From Gammaproteobacteria bacterium (GTDB taxonomy: Bacteria > Pseudomonadota > Gammaproteobacteria > GCA-002705445 > GCA-002716945), in assembly GCA_047611265.1 (NCBI GenBank), contig JBLFWM010000004.1:4771-68770 (forward strand): a stretch of DNA of 64,000 nucleotides, in the 5' to 3' direction. This document shows positions 9,364 to 19,331 of the stretch, piece after piece (within the stretch, counting starts at the first letter, position 1; each line of letters starts with the position of its first letter). The position numbers were made by a program, and so were the translations under genes. The notes under the pieces are model-generated. The model did not search any database. It worked only from the letters and a program-made list of their open reading frames with translations, and was not told the origin of the DNA.

Positions 9364-10392
9364 ATGGAGTATAGAAAACTAGGCAACACAAATCTTAATG
9401 TAAGTCTTATCTGTCTTGGGACGATGAGTTTTGGTGAACAAAATACTGAAAAAGATGCTCATGAGCAATTAGCATATGCCATAGATCACGGTGTAAACTT
9501 TATAGATACAGCGGAAATGTATGCAATTCCCCCAAAAGAAGAGACTCAAGGTTTAACAGAAAAGTATATAGGCTCTTGGGTTAAGAAAAATTTAAATAGA
9601 GATAAATATATAATTGCCACAAAAGTTGCTGGGCCTGGAATGGAATATATTAGAAATGGTACAAATTTAAGTAAAGAGCATGTCACTAAAGCAATAGAAA
9701 CATCTTTAAAAAGATTGAACACTGACTATATAGATCTTTACCAGGTTCACTGGCCAGAAAGAAAATCAAATTATTTTGGCAGACTAGGTTATACACAATC
9801 TGAAGATATTGGTATTTCTATTGAAGAAACATTATCTGCCCTAGAAGATGCTGTTAAAGCAGGAAAAATAAGACATATTGGTGTTTCAAACGAAACTCCA
9901 TGGGGAGTTCATGAATACATAAGATTATCAGAAACAAAGTCATTACCAAAAATTCAAACTATTCAGAACCCATATAGTCTTTTAAATAGGACTTATGAAA
10001 TAGGTTTGGCTGAAATGTCCTACCGTGAAAATATTGGTTTACTAGCCTATTCTCCACTTGGATTTGGAGTGTTAACTGGAAAATATTTAAATAACATGCC
10101 GAATAAATCAAGGCTAGGGTTATTTGGTGAATGGTTTACTAGGTACAGTAACCAAAAATGTCATGATGCAACATCTAAATATTTTGCTGTTGCTAAAAAA
10201 TATAATATTAGTTTGTGCCAAATGGCATTGGCATTTGTGAATACAAGACCTTTTATTACTAGTAATATTATTGGTGCTACAACAATAGAACAACTAAAAG
10301 AAAATATTGAAAGTGTAAACATAAATTTAAGTGATGAAATTATTGAAGAGATAAATAGTATTCATGAAGATATCCCCAACCCAGCGCCTTAA
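9364..10392 (+). CDS. NADP(H)-dependent aldo/keto reductase (Tas-like)
   Basis: MEYRKLGNTNLNVSLICLGTMSFG start and IDTAEMY motifs typical of AKRs. The upstream part of the ORF (9211-9363) is a hydrophobic read-through overlapping the convergent gene and is not counted. Confidence 0.8.
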   Translation: MEYRKLGNTNLNVSLICLGTMSFGEQNTEKDAHEQLAYAIDHGVNFIDTAEMYAIPPKEETQGLTEKYIGSWVKKNLNRDKYIIATKVAGPGMEYIRNGTNLSKEHVTKAIETSLKRLNTDYIDLYQVHWPERKSNYFGRLGYTQSEDIGISIEETLSALEDAVKAGKIRHIGVSNETPWGVHEYIRLSETKSLPKIQTIQNPYSLLNRTYEIGLAEMSYRENIGLLAYSPLGFGVLTGKYLNNMPNKSRLGLFGEWFTRYSNQKCHDATSKYFAVAKKYNISLCQMALAFVNTRPFITSNIIGATTIEQLKENIESVNINLSDEIIEEINSIHEDIPNPAP

Positions 10393-10406
10393 AAATAAAT
10401 TCTAAT

Positions 10407-10865
10407 TTAGCTCTGACTTTTATTCAGGAAATCACTAATCTCTCTCATGTTTGGCATTATAGATATATACTGATCAGCTTCCTCTTTACATTCATCATAT
10501 ATTTTAAATATAGCCTCAGCACTAACGTTAAATAGATTTGCGATTAACCCTATCGCATTAGTCCTATTATCACCATAAGATTCTTTCCAACGAACACATA
10601 CAACTAAAATAAGATTAAAGTATTCATCTTTTTTCTCAAAAGTTACAGAAGAAAGGTCAAGGCTATTCTCTTTCAAGTAAACATTAATATATTCTTGTAA
10701 TTGGATTGGGAGTACTTTTTTTTCATGATTATAATGAGAGTACATTGCTACTAACTCTTTATGTTCGTCTGGTCCAACAGTGCCACATAATATTCTGTCA
10801 AGTTCTTGGGTATAGTATTCCCATAAACCATTATCTAACCAAGTTATATTTTTTATAGTTGCCAT
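10407..10865 (-). CDS. hypothetical protein, last gene of the glyQS-gmhB unit
   Basis: 152-aa ORF with a short gap to gmhB. No recognisable motif. Confidence 0.35.
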   Translation of the reverse strand: MATIKNITWLDNGLWEYYTQELDRILCGTVGPDEHKELVAMYSHYNHEKKVLPIQLQEYINVYLKENSLDLSSVTFEKKDEYFNLILVVCVRWKESYGDNRTNAIGLIANLFNVSAEAIFKIYDECKEEADQYISIMPNMREISDFLNKSQS

Positions 10866-10871
10866 CTAGAT

Positions 10872-11423
10872 TTAATTATTCGCATCCTGTTTAATCACAT
10901 AGTCTACAGCATCGTTCAGATCATTAAACATTGGTATGTTATATTTAGAATTATTTTCAATATTTTTGCCATTCCCAGTTCTAAGACCAAGAGGTTTACA
11001 CTTAGATGCAAGCGATGCATCTATATCTCTTGGTGAATCACCAATGGAAAAACATTTATCCAAAGAAATATTTAATCTTCCAGCTATTTCACTAAACATC
11101 CCAGTTCCTGGTTTTCTATTCACGCATTCATCTGTTGGTAAGCTTGGGCAGTAAAGGACTGCTAAAATAGATCCTCCAATTCTGCTTATTTGACTGAGCA
11201 TCTTAAGATTAATCTCAATAAAATCATTGTATGATATGATGCCTCTACCTAAACCAGACTGGTTGCTGATGATAATAATCTGGTATTCATGCTCTGTTAA
11301 TTTTTTAATTGCATTTAAGCTCTCAGGTATCAAATTCCACTCATCTGCAGATTTTATATAATGAGGAGAGTCAATATTTATAACACCATCCCTATCAAGA
11401 ATTATATATTTTTGATTATTCAC
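10872..11423 (-). CDS. gmhB: D-glycero-D-manno-heptose 1,7-bisphosphate phosphatase (HAD family)
   Basis: HAD motif [10 protein letters not shown]. The SNQSG motif and overall length are typical of GmhB. The conserved location after the glycyl-tRNA synthetase gene matches Pseudomonas-type synteny. Confidence 0.8.
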   Translation of the reverse strand: MNNQKYIILDRDGVINIDSPHYIKSADEWNLIPESLNAIKKLTEHEYQIIIISNQSGLGRGIISYNDFIEINLKMLSQISRIGGSILAVLYCPSLPTDECVNRKPGTGMFSEIAGRLNISLDKCFSIGDSPRDIDASLASKCKPLGLRTGNGKNIENNSKYNIPMFNDLNDAVDYVIKQDANN

Positions 11424-12781
11424 TTTAGAAAAAAATCTTTAAAATAATTTGAGACACCCTCTAGAGGTATCTTTTCTTGCAGCATAGTATCTCTGTTTCT
11501 AATAGTAACCACACCTGTCTCTAAAGTATCAAAATCAATAGTAATACATAAAGGTGTTCCAATCTCATCATGCTTTCTATAATTTTTGCCAATATTCCCA
11601 GTATTTTCAACTACTACTCTGCCAATTCGTAAAGATTGAAGAGTATTTTTAAGTTTAAATGCAGCGTCCACTAATTCATTATTATTTTTCTTTAATGGAA
11701 TTACTGCCGCTTTAATGGGAGCTAAATGTGAGGCAAAAGAAAGCACAATTCTTTCCTTGCCACCATCAAGTTTTTCAACACGGTATGCTTCATTAAGAAT
11801 TGCTAGCACGCCTCTCTCTACTCCTGCAGATGGTTCTATAACATAAGGTACAAAAAATTTATTTGTTTCAATATCTTGGACAGCAAGTTTTGCATTTGAT
11901 GCATTATTAGTTTCTGTCTTAGACGACAGGTTAAGTTCACTTTGATTTTTACTATGTGATCCTAAGTCAAAATCAGTTCTATTGGCAATGCCCTCTAGCT
12001 CTTCTAATCCATGAGGGAATTGATACATTAAATCTACTGTTGCTTTTGAATAGTGGGCTAAATCATCCACCGGTACATTAAGTATTTCTAATTTATCCTT
12101 AGGTATGCCTTGTTCAGTCCACCAACTAATTCTATTATTAACCCATTCCTTATGCCATTTATCATCTGACCCAGGCTTCACAAAATACTCTAGCTCCATT
12201 TGCTCAAATTCTCTGACTCTAAAAATAAAGTTTCGCGGAGTTATTTCATTTCTAAAAGCTTTACCAATTTGCGCTATCCCAAAAGGCAAAGATCTTCCGG
12301 TTGAATCAAGAACATTTTTAAAGTTAGTAAATATCTGCTGCGCCGTCTCAGGCCTTAAGTATGCAAAATTGCTTCCATCTTCTATTGGCCCTACATTTGT
12401 CTTAAACATTAAATTAAATGGTCTTGGCTCTGTTAAATCTGAAGAGTTACAACTCGGGCATTTATTATTTTCTATGCTATCCACTTTCCATCTTGATTTA
12501 CAAGTTTTGCAGTCAACCATTGGATCAGTAAATGTATTTTCATGCCCAGAGTGTTTAAGAACATCAGGATGCGTTAAAATAGAAGCATCTAAACCTTCCA
12601 CATCATCCCGGTCATATATCATAGAACTCCACCATGCATGCTTAAGGTTATTTTTTAATTCAACACCTAGCGGACCATAATCATAAAGACCCTGGAATCC
12701 ACCATATATTTCATTTGATTGAAAAATAAAACCTCTTCTTTTACAAAGAGCAACTAAGTCATCCATTGTGTGAGCAGTCAA
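11420..12781 (-). CDS. glyQS: glycine--tRNA ligase, homodimeric alpha2 type
   Basis: Very strong match to alpha2 GlyRS. N-terminus [37 protein letters not shown]. Class II motifs [10 protein letters not shown] and [32 protein letters not shown]-terminal anticodon-binding domain present. Confidence 0.9.
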   Translation of the reverse strand: MTAHTMDDLVALCKRRGFIFQSNEIYGGFQGLYDYGPLGVELKNNLKHAWWSSMIYDRDDVEGLDASILTHPDVLKHSGHENTFTDPMVDCKTCKSRWKVDSIENNKCPSCNSSDLTEPRPFNLMFKTNVGPIEDGSNFAYLRPETAQQIFTNFKNVLDSTGRSLPFGIAQIGKAFRNEITPRNFIFRVREFEQMELEYFVKPGSDDKWHKEWVNNRISWWTEQGIPKDKLEILNVPVDDLAHYSKATVDLMYQFPHGLEELEGIANRTDFDLGSHSKNQSELNLSSKTETNNASNAKLAVQDIETNKFFVPYVIEPSAGVERGVLAILNEAYRVEKLDGGKERIVLSFASHLAPIKAAVIPLKKNNNELVDAAFKLKNTLQSLRIGRVVVENTGNIGKNYRKHDEIGTPLCITIDFDTLETGVVTIRNRDTMLQEKIPLEGVSNYFKDFFLK

Positions 12782-13042
12782 TTTCTATCCTGTGGTGTAT
12801 TGAGATAATGATTATATCCCATTATTTCTTCTTAATTCTACTATAATTATTATAGAGCAAATTAATATTATAAACTTAAATTGTTCTATTCTTTGATCAT
12901 TATCAGGTAAGGTCTAATGCCTAAATGCATTATTTTAGTGCATTTGATCCATTATTGGTCATCTTATTGCTCTATAATAAAGCAGATTATATGCTATATT
13001 AAATGATATGCACTATATAGTTACATTACTGTGAATTTAAAG

Positions 13043-13059
13043 TTGGCATGATTAATGCA
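13043..13059 (+). promoter_or_regulatory. candidate sigma-54 (-24/-12) promoter of glnA (glnAp2-like)
   Basis: TTGGCATgattaATGCA, with GG and GC elements 11 nt apart (consensus TGGCAC-N5-TTGCA), about 40 bp upstream of the glnA ATG. ntrB and ntrC lie downstream. Confidence 0.5.
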
Positions 13060-13097
13060 GGAATATATGTACACAAATAACATAGAGGAGCAATGAA

Positions 13098-14510
13098 ATG
13101 AGTGTCGAGGATGTACTAAAAATAGTAAAAGAAAAAGAAGTTAAATTTATTGACTATAGATTTACAAATACAAATGGGAAAGAACAGCATGTAACAGTTA
13201 CAGCAAATGAAGATGGAATTAAAACAGATTTTACAGAAGGTAAAATGTTTGATGGTTCTTCCATAGCTGGCTGGAAAAATATCAATGAATCAGACATGAT
13301 ATTGATGCCAGACCCAAGCACTGCAGTTATGGACCCATTTTTTGATGAGCCAACCCTAATAGTGACTTGCGACATTATTGAACCAGATGACGGTAAAGCA
13401 TATGAAAAAGATCCAAGATCTATCGCTAGAAAAGCCGAAAATTATTTAAAAGAATCAGGTATTGCTGATACAGCTTATTTTGGACCAGAAAATGAATTCT
13501 TTATATTTGATGATGTAAGGTTTGAAGATAAGGCTGGAAGTTCTTCTTTTGCAGTTGATTCAACTGAAGCATCCTATAACAGTAACAAAAAATATGAAGA
13601 AGGAAATATGGGGCATAGACCATTAATGAAAGGTGGCTACTTCCCTGTACCACCAGTTGATGCATTGCAAGATTGTAGGTCTGCCATGGTTACAACTTGT
13701 CAAGAAATGGGAGTTCCCTGTGAAGTTCATCATCATGAAGTTGCTACAGCAGGACAATGTGAAATTGGTACAGTTTTTAATACATTAGTTGCTAAAGCAG
13801 ATGAAGTTCAAAAATTTAAATATGTTGTTATGAATGTTGCGCACGCCTATGGCAAAACTGCCACATTCATGCCTAAGCCTATAGTAGGTGACAATGGAAG
13901 TGGAATGCATGTACATATGTCACTATCAAAAGATGGTAAAAATATTTTTGCTGGTGATAAATATGGGAATATGTCAGAAGACGCCTTATTCTATATTGGC
14001 GGAATCATAAAACATGCACGTGCGTTAAATGCATTTACCAATGCATCAACGAATGGTTATAAAAGGCTAATCCCTGGTTTTGAGGCTCCTGTAATACTTA
14101 CTTATTCTGCACGTAATAGATCTGCAGCAATAAGAATTCCTTATGTTATGAGTGATAAAGCTAGACGTATTGAAGTAAGATTTCCTGACTCAACGGCTAA
14201 TCCATACTTGGCATTTAGTGCGTTAATGATGGCTGGTCTTGATGGTATTAAAAATAAAATTAGTCCGGGAGAAGCTATGGACCAAGACTTATTTGAGCTA
14301 ACTCCTGAAGAAGAGAAAATGTTACCTACTGTTGCACCTGGATTGGATGTAGCTCTTGAGGCTCTAGATAAAGATAGAGACTTTTTAAAAGAAGGTGGCG
14401 TATTCACTGACAAGATGATTGACTCTTACATTGGACTTAAATATGAAGAAGTTCAAAGACTAAGGGCTTCAACTCATCCTTGTGAGTTTGAGATGTACTA
14501 TAGTCTATAA
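13098..14510 (+). CDS. glnA: glutamine synthetase type I
   Basis: 470 aa, collinear with GSI. Adenylylation-region and ATP-binding motifs present (e.g. [11 protein letters not shown]). Confidence 0.95.
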   Translation: MSVEDVLKIVKEKEVKFIDYRFTNTNGKEQHVTVTANEDGIKTDFTEGKMFDGSSIAGWKNINESDMILMPDPSTAVMDPFFDEPTLIVTCDIIEPDDGKAYEKDPRSIARKAENYLKESGIADTAYFGPENEFFIFDDVRFEDKAGSSSFAVDSTEASYNSNKKYEEGNMGHRPLMKGGYFPVPPVDALQDCRSAMVTTCQEMGVPCEVHHHEVATAGQCEIGTVFNTLVAKADEVQKFKYVVMNVAHAYGKTATFMPKPIVGDNGSGMHVHMSLSKDGKNIFAGDKYGNMSEDALFYIGGIIKHARALNAFTNASTNGYKRLIPGFEAPVILTYSARNRSAAIRIPYVMSDKARRIEVRFPDSTANPYLAFSALMMAGLDGIKNKISPGEAMDQDLFELTPEEEKMLPTVAPGLDVALEALDKDRDFLKEGGVFTDKMIDSYIGLKYEEVQRLRASTHPCEFEMYYSL

Positions 14511-14519
14511 CCTTTTAAT

Positions 14520-14555
14520 GGCTGCCTTCTAATATGAGGGCAGCCTATATTTTTG
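14520..14555 (+). terminator. rho-independent terminator/attenuator between glnA and ntrB
   Basis: GGCTGCC-ttctaatatga-GGCAGCC hairpin followed by TATATTTTT. Confidence 0.6.
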
Positions 14556-14561
14556 CTAATT

Positions 14562-15638
14562 ATGAGCACTATTCTTAAAAATAAAAAGACACACCATATA
14601 AGTTCAAGTTATGACATATTAGATAATTTAAGGACTGCCATACTAATACTTGATAAAGGTTTTAATTATGTCTATACAAATGCTTCAGCAGTTGATTTGT
14701 TAGGTTCTGCAACTGCTATCAAAAAAATTACTGAGCTGCGTTGTGAAAATATTAGCTTATCAACGTACCTAAATAATATTAGTACAGATTCACAGTCTAT
14801 AATGCTTAGAGATTTGAAGTTTAAAAATTTTGATCGCGTAGAGCGTATTGTTGACTGCAATATCTCTAGTTACCATGATGGTGAAATTAAATATATATTA
14901 TTAGAACTAAATGAAACTGGGAGATTATATAATATCTCTCTTGATCAGAATTTAATAGACCAACAAAAAGCTACCAGAGAAATGGTAAAAGGTTTATCTC
15001 ATGAGATTAAAAATCCTTTAGGCGGTATCATGGGTGCAGCGCAACTTTTAGATAGAACGCTAACTGATAAATCTCAAGCTAAGTTTACTAAAATTATTCG
15101 CAAAGAATCTGAGAGATTATTAAAATTAATAAATGCAATGGCATCACCATTACCATCTGAAAATAAGAATATGATTAATATTCATGAGGTTACTGAACAT
15201 GTAACTGAATTATTTAAATATGATGCAGAAAATCTAGGTGTTAGTTTTATTAAAGACTATGACCCTAGTATCCCGCAGCTCTATCTTGATAAAAACCAAA
15301 TAATTCAGGCCCTTATAAATATAATAAGAAATGCTATTCAGGCTATAAATAAAGATGGAAAAATTATCATTAAGACGAGGCCACTGTTGAAATATACAAT
15401 TGGGGATACAAGGCATGACTTAGTTATTAAAATTGATGTTATAGATAATGGAGTTGGAATACCAGAAAAAAAATTGAAAGAAATATTCTATCCAATGGTA
15501 ACTACAAAAAATGATGGAATGGGGCTTGGATTAACTATAGCTCAGTCCATAGTAATGCAAAACAAAGGAATCATTGAATGCAAAAGTAAAAATAAAGAAA
15601 CAGTTTTTTCTATTATCATTCCATGGTGCACTGAATGA
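14562..15638 (+). CDS. glnL: nitrogen regulation sensor histidine kinase NtrB
   Basis: H-box LSHEIKNPLGGIMGAAQLL. HATPase N and G boxes (IIRNAIQA, DNGVGIP, GMGLGL). Start taken at the ATG at 14562. Confidence 0.85.
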   Translation: MSTILKNKKTHHISSSYDILDNLRTAILILDKGFNYVYTNASAVDLLGSATAIKKITELRCENISLSTYLNNISTDSQSIMLRDLKFKNFDRVERIVDCNISSYHDGEIKYILLELNETGRLYNISLDQNLIDQQKATREMVKGLSHEIKNPLGGIMGAAQLLDRTLTDKSQAKFTKIIRKESERLLKLINAMASPLPSENKNMINIHEVTEHVTELFKYDAENLGVSFIKDYDPSIPQLYLDKNQIIQALINIIRNAIQAINKDGKIIIKTRPLLKYTIGDTRHDLVIKIDVIDNGVGIPEKKLKEIFYPMVTTKNDGMGLGLTIAQSIVMQNKGIIECKSKNKETVFSIIIPWCTE

Positions 15639-17026
15639 TCAAATCTAAATTATGGATAGTTGATGATGAAGAGAGCATAAGAGAGATATGCAAAAGTGCT
15701 CTAGAAGATAGTTTTTTCATAGAAACATTCCCTAATGGTTCGGAAGCCTTGTTAGCTCTAAATTCAGATAAACCAGACCTCATTATAACGGATATTAAAA
15801 TGCCAGGTCTTTCTGGTTTAGATTTACTTCAAAAAGTTTCAGAGAAATATCCTGGTTTACCAACTATTGTTATTACTGCGCATTCAGATATAGATAATGC
15901 TCTTTCAGCATATAAAGGTGGAGCATTTGAGTATCTTCCAAAACCATTTGATGTTGATAAAATTAGATCACTCGCATTGAAAGCTTTAAACCAATCCGAT
16001 TCTGCCATCACTCCAAAAAAATCTAAAACTATGCAGCCACCTAAAATTATTGGACAAGCCCAATCATTACAAAACCTCTTTAGAGCAATTGGGAAAATAT
16101 CAAATTCTGATATCACTGTACTTATAAGAGGCGAGTCTGGAACTGGGAAGGAATTAATAGCTCAAGCCGTGCATGATAACAGTAAAAGAAATGTAGAACC
16201 ATTTGTGGCAATCAATGTTGCTGCAATACCTCATGACTTACTCGAATCAGAATTATTTGGACACGAGAAAGGAGCTTTCACTGGAGCCCAAGCACAAAGA
16301 ATTGGAAGGTTTGAGCAAGCGCAAGGAGGAACACTATTCCTTGACGAGATTGGTGACATGCATCCAGAATTACAAACAAGACTATTACGAGTACTATCAA
16401 GCCAAGAGTTTTATCGAGTAGGCGGACATAGGCCTATTAAATCTGATGTAAGAATTATAGCAGCAACAAATCAATCAATAGAAGATTTAATAAAAATAGG
16501 TAAGTTTAGAGAAGATCTGTATCATAGATTAAATGTATTTAAACTTGTGCTTCCACCATTAAGAGAACGGAAAGAAGATATAGCATCATTAATAACATAT
16601 TTTTTAAAAACATATGCTGCTGAATTAAATACCGAAGAAAAAAGAATAGATGATATAACCTTGCAGTATCTTGTAGGATTTAACTGGCCAGGAAATATTA
16701 GGCAGTTAGAAAATATATGCAGATATTTAACAGTAATGAGTGCATCTTCTGTTATTACAATAGATGATTTGCCAGATGATATATTTAAAAATAACCAAGA
16801 AGTGGATATCTCCAAAGCCAGTGGTAATTGGAAATCTGACCTTCAACAACACATACGGGGAGAAATACCTTCGGACAAAGATATCCTTAAAAAAATAGGT
16901 GTTGAGGTAGAGAAGATTTTAATTGAAGAGTCTCTAATTGCAACAGATGGTATTAAATCAGAAGCTGCAAAACTACTAGGTTGGGGACGCAATACTTTGG
17001 CAAGAAAAGCAAAAAAAACTAAATAA
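15635..17026 (+). CDS. glnG: sigma-54-dependent response regulator NtrC
   Basis: Receiver domain ([10 protein letters not shown]), AAA+ sigma-54 activation domain ([28 protein letters not shown]), C-terminal HTH. Confidence 0.9.
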   Translation: MIKSKLWIVDDEESIREICKSALEDSFFIETFPNGSEALLALNSDKPDLIITDIKMPGLSGLDLLQKVSEKYPGLPTIVITAHSDIDNALSAYKGGAFEYLPKPFDVDKIRSLALKALNQSDSAITPKKSKTMQPPKIIGQAQSLQNLFRAIGKISNSDITVLIRGESGTGKELIAQAVHDNSKRNVEPFVAINVAAIPHDLLESELFGHEKGAFTGAQAQRIGRFEQAQGGTLFLDEIGDMHPELQTRLLRVLSSQEFYRVGGHRPIKSDVRIIAATNQSIEDLIKIGKFREDLYHRLNVFKLVLPPLRERKEDIASLITYFLKTYAAELNTEEKRIDDITLQYLVGFNWPGNIRQLENICRYLTVMSASSVITIDDLPDDIFKNNQEVDISKASGNWKSDLQQHIRGEIPSDKDILKKIGVEVEKILIEESLIATDGIKSEAAKLLGWGRNTLARKAKKTK

Positions 17027-18026
17027 ATAATTGATTTAAAACAGTCTTTGGATCAGCATCTAAATATAAAATTTTATAAGCAGCCTGAACAATTTTAGAT
17101 TCCCCAAATATTTCTTTATGAGTATTCAGTGTTGATGTTGACAAGTATCCTTCTACAGTTCCAATCTTAGTAATAATTTTTTTTATATTATATTTGCCTA
17201 TGATTTTTAAACCTAACTGTCTATTTCTTGATGCATTAAAGTAACAAGTTAAATGAATGTCACCATAGCATGCTGGGCTAAGAACTGTTGCTTCAAGCTG
17301 CTCTTCTGTAACCATATATGGACTCTGACTACCACATATCTTTCTAGAAATATTTTTAACATCTTTTTGTGATAAGGAGATAAGCTCTTCTATATATTCA
17401 TCAGGATATGAATTAACTGTTAAAATCCCAGCTAAAATACCAGATATATTTTTTATTACACCAGAAATTTCAACTCCTATAATGTCAGAAGTTTTCTCAA
17501 ACTTAAGATTTTCTGTCTCCATAATTCCAATAATTGAATTTGCTAATATTTCACATGTTGAGGCAATACTAACTCTTAAAGGTTTGGTGGCAACTAAATC
17601 TTTTGCAAAACTTGGACCAGAGATAATACATTTTTTTATATTGGGTGATAATACTTTATCTATGATTTCATGAAACAACAAACCTTTTGAATGATCTAAG
17701 CCTTTTGTTAGCCATATGATTGATTCACAAGATTTAAAATAAATATTATGACTATTAATGATATCTGTAAAACCAGAACTAGATGAAGCAATAACATTAA
17801 AATTATTAGCACCGTCTGACAAATGATTAAGGTCTGTAAGTTTTCGAAAAATAATATTTTTATTAAAAGATAAGTTTAAATCTTTATAGAAAAGAGATTC
17901 ATTATACTCATTTACTTTATTATCATCGCGAAGGAAAACTTCAATCTTATTATCAAGACATGACAAATGGTTAGCCACAGCTAGACCCCATTCTCCTGCA
18001 CCAAATATTCGAAATGTTTTTATCAT
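17019..18026 (-). CDS. gpsA: NAD(P)H-dependent glycerol-3-phosphate dehydrogenase
   Basis: N-terminal GAGEWG Rossmann motif and full-length GpsA-like sequence. Conserved secB-gpsA synteny. Confidence 0.9.
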   Translation of the reverse strand: MIKTFRIFGAGEWGLAVANHLSCLDNKIEVFLRDDNKVNEYNESLFYKDLNLSFNKNIIFRKLTDLNHLSDGANNFNVIASSSSGFTDIINSHNIYFKSCESIIWLTKGLDHSKGLLFHEIIDKVLSPNIKKCIISGPSFAKDLVATKPLRVSIASTCEILANSIIGIMETENLKFEKTSDIIGVEISGVIKNISGILAGILTVNSYPDEYIEELISLSQKDVKNISRKICGSQSPYMVTEEQLEATVLSPACYGDIHLTCYFNASRNRQLGLKIIGKYNIKKIITKIGTVEGYLSTSTLNTHKEIFGESKIVQAAYKILYLDADPKTVLNQLFI

Positions 18027-18029
18027 TAT

Positions 18030-18464
18030 TTAATGTTTATTTTTAGAAAGCTCTTGTTGATATAAAGCATTAAAATCAATTGGGGCTATAAATATTGGTG
18101 GGAAACCAGCCTTCTGGACAAGAGAAGATATTGTTTCTCTGGCATAAGGAAAAATAACTTCCGGACATCTTATGTTTAAAAAAACATCTTTAAGCTCATC
18201 ATCGGCTCCATCTATTACAAATAATCCAGACTGTTTGACCTCAACTAGGTATATAACATTATTTTCTGTTTCAGCCTTCACATTAATGTCTAATGTAATA
18301 TCATACGTAGTATCATCAACCGTAGCTATCGTGGTATTTAAGTTAAAAGCAACTTTAGGCGTTGCTTTTATATTGTCAAAAATTGCAGGGGCTTCTGGTG
18401 ACTCTAATGATAGGTCTTTTGTGAATATCCTTTTGACAAAGAATTTAATATCTTTTTTATCCAT
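18030..18464 (-). CDS. secB: protein-export chaperone SecB
   Basis: 144 aa, SecB-like sequence (FFVKRIFTKDLSLESP...), immediately upstream of gpsA as in E. coli. Confidence 0.85.
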   Translation of the reverse strand: MDKKDIKFFVKRIFTKDLSLESPEAPAIFDNIKATPKVAFNLNTTIATVDDTTYDITLDINVKAETENNVIYLVEVKQSGLFVIDGADDELKDVFLNIRCPEVIFPYARETISSLVQKAGFPPIFIAPIDFNALYQQELSKNKH

Positions 18465-18465
18465 T

Positions 18466-18870
18466 TTAATCTTCTCCAGTTAATGGCATATTATTTTCTA
18501 TCCATGACTTTATGCCACCCTCTAAATAAAAAACTTGTTGTATTCCTAATGTTGAAAATTTTGACGCAGCCTTCAAGGCATCTGAATCTGTACTAGCATA
18601 TGCAACAAATGGATTGTCATTCTTAGTATCAAGTTTTTCAATATCTTCAAGGTTTAGATTTATAGCGGTAATAATATGTCCCGATTTAAACTCTTCTGCT
18701 GTTCGAAAATCTACTAAAGTAATTTTTGAATTATTTAAAAGTTTTGTTAATTCATCACAAGATAGTTTTTGGACTTTACCAAAAAGAGATTTGGTTTCTA
18801 AATTAAAAATAAGGAAGACGAGCACCACTAGGGCTATAAATAATATTATATTATTTGCTATAAATTCCAA
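18466..18870 (-). CDS. membrane-anchored single-domain rhodanese (YibN-like)
   Basis: N-terminal TM helix followed by a rhodanese fold (LVDFRTAEEFKSGHIITAINL). Occupies the yibN position upstream of secB-gpsA. Confidence 0.7.
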   Translation of the reverse strand: MEFIANNIILFIALVVLVFLIFNLETKSLFGKVQKLSCDELTKLLNNSKITLVDFRTAEEFKSGHIITAINLNLEDIEKLDTKNDNPFVAYASTDSDALKAASKFSTLGIQQVFYLEGGIKSWIENNMPLTGED

Positions 18871-18886
18871 TGAAACCGTCCTTTAT

Positions 18887-19234
18887 TTATTTTTGATGTG
18901 AACAAAAAACTTCTCTCATCATTTCAATGAGTTTTAAAGTTTTAAGATCACTAACTTTGTAGAATACTTTATTAGCTGATTTTCTTGCAGACAAAATTCC
19001 TTTGTCTCTCAAGATAGCTAAATGTTGAGAAATATTACTTTGAGATGTTCCGACATTATTAACAATATCTTGAACACTGAACTCATCTTCCCCTAGTTTG
19101 CATAATATCATCAACCTTAATGGATGAGACATTGCCTTCATAGATCTTGATGCAGTTTCCACGTCATCTTGAATCTGTTTCTCTTGAATTGAAATATCTT
19201 CTACGATATCTAAGTTTATGTTTTCAGTTTCCAT
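18887..19234 (-). CDS. ArsR/SmtB-family transcriptional regulator with two Cys (SqrR/BigR-like candidate)
   Basis: Winged HTH (SQSNISQHLAILRDKGIL). One Cys in the N-terminal helix (LMILCKL) and one near the C-terminus (VFCSHQ). No CVC metal-binding motif. Confidence 0.6.
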   Translation of the reverse strand: METENINLDIVEDISIQEKQIQDDVETASRSMKAMSHPLRLMILCKLGEDEFSVQDIVNNVGTSQSNISQHLAILRDKGILSARKSANKVFYKVSDLKTLKLIEMMREVFCSHQK

Positions 19235-19331
19235 ATATGGTAATTTTCTTAATCAATACATCTATATTAGACAAAACTAATAAGATAATAAAGGAATATA
19301 ATGGTATTATTTTTGTTAATAGAAAAATATA

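Noticed and set aside
12105-12680. 191-aa plus-strand ORF inside the GlyRS gene, and similar long antisense ORFs (5062-5361, 5758-6078, 14141-14413, 39293-39586, 42675-43070, 46470-46811, 49516-49824, 61930-62292)
   Set aside because: Each lies entirely antisense within a strongly supported conserved gene. Compositions are low-complexity. Treated as spurious shadow ORFs.
12782-13040. NtrC enhancer sites upstream of glnA
   Set aside because: Several partial TGCAC/GTGCA elements are present (for example around 12935-12960 and 13005-13030), but none forms a convincing TGCACC-N5-GGTGCA dyad by eye, so they are not annotated.
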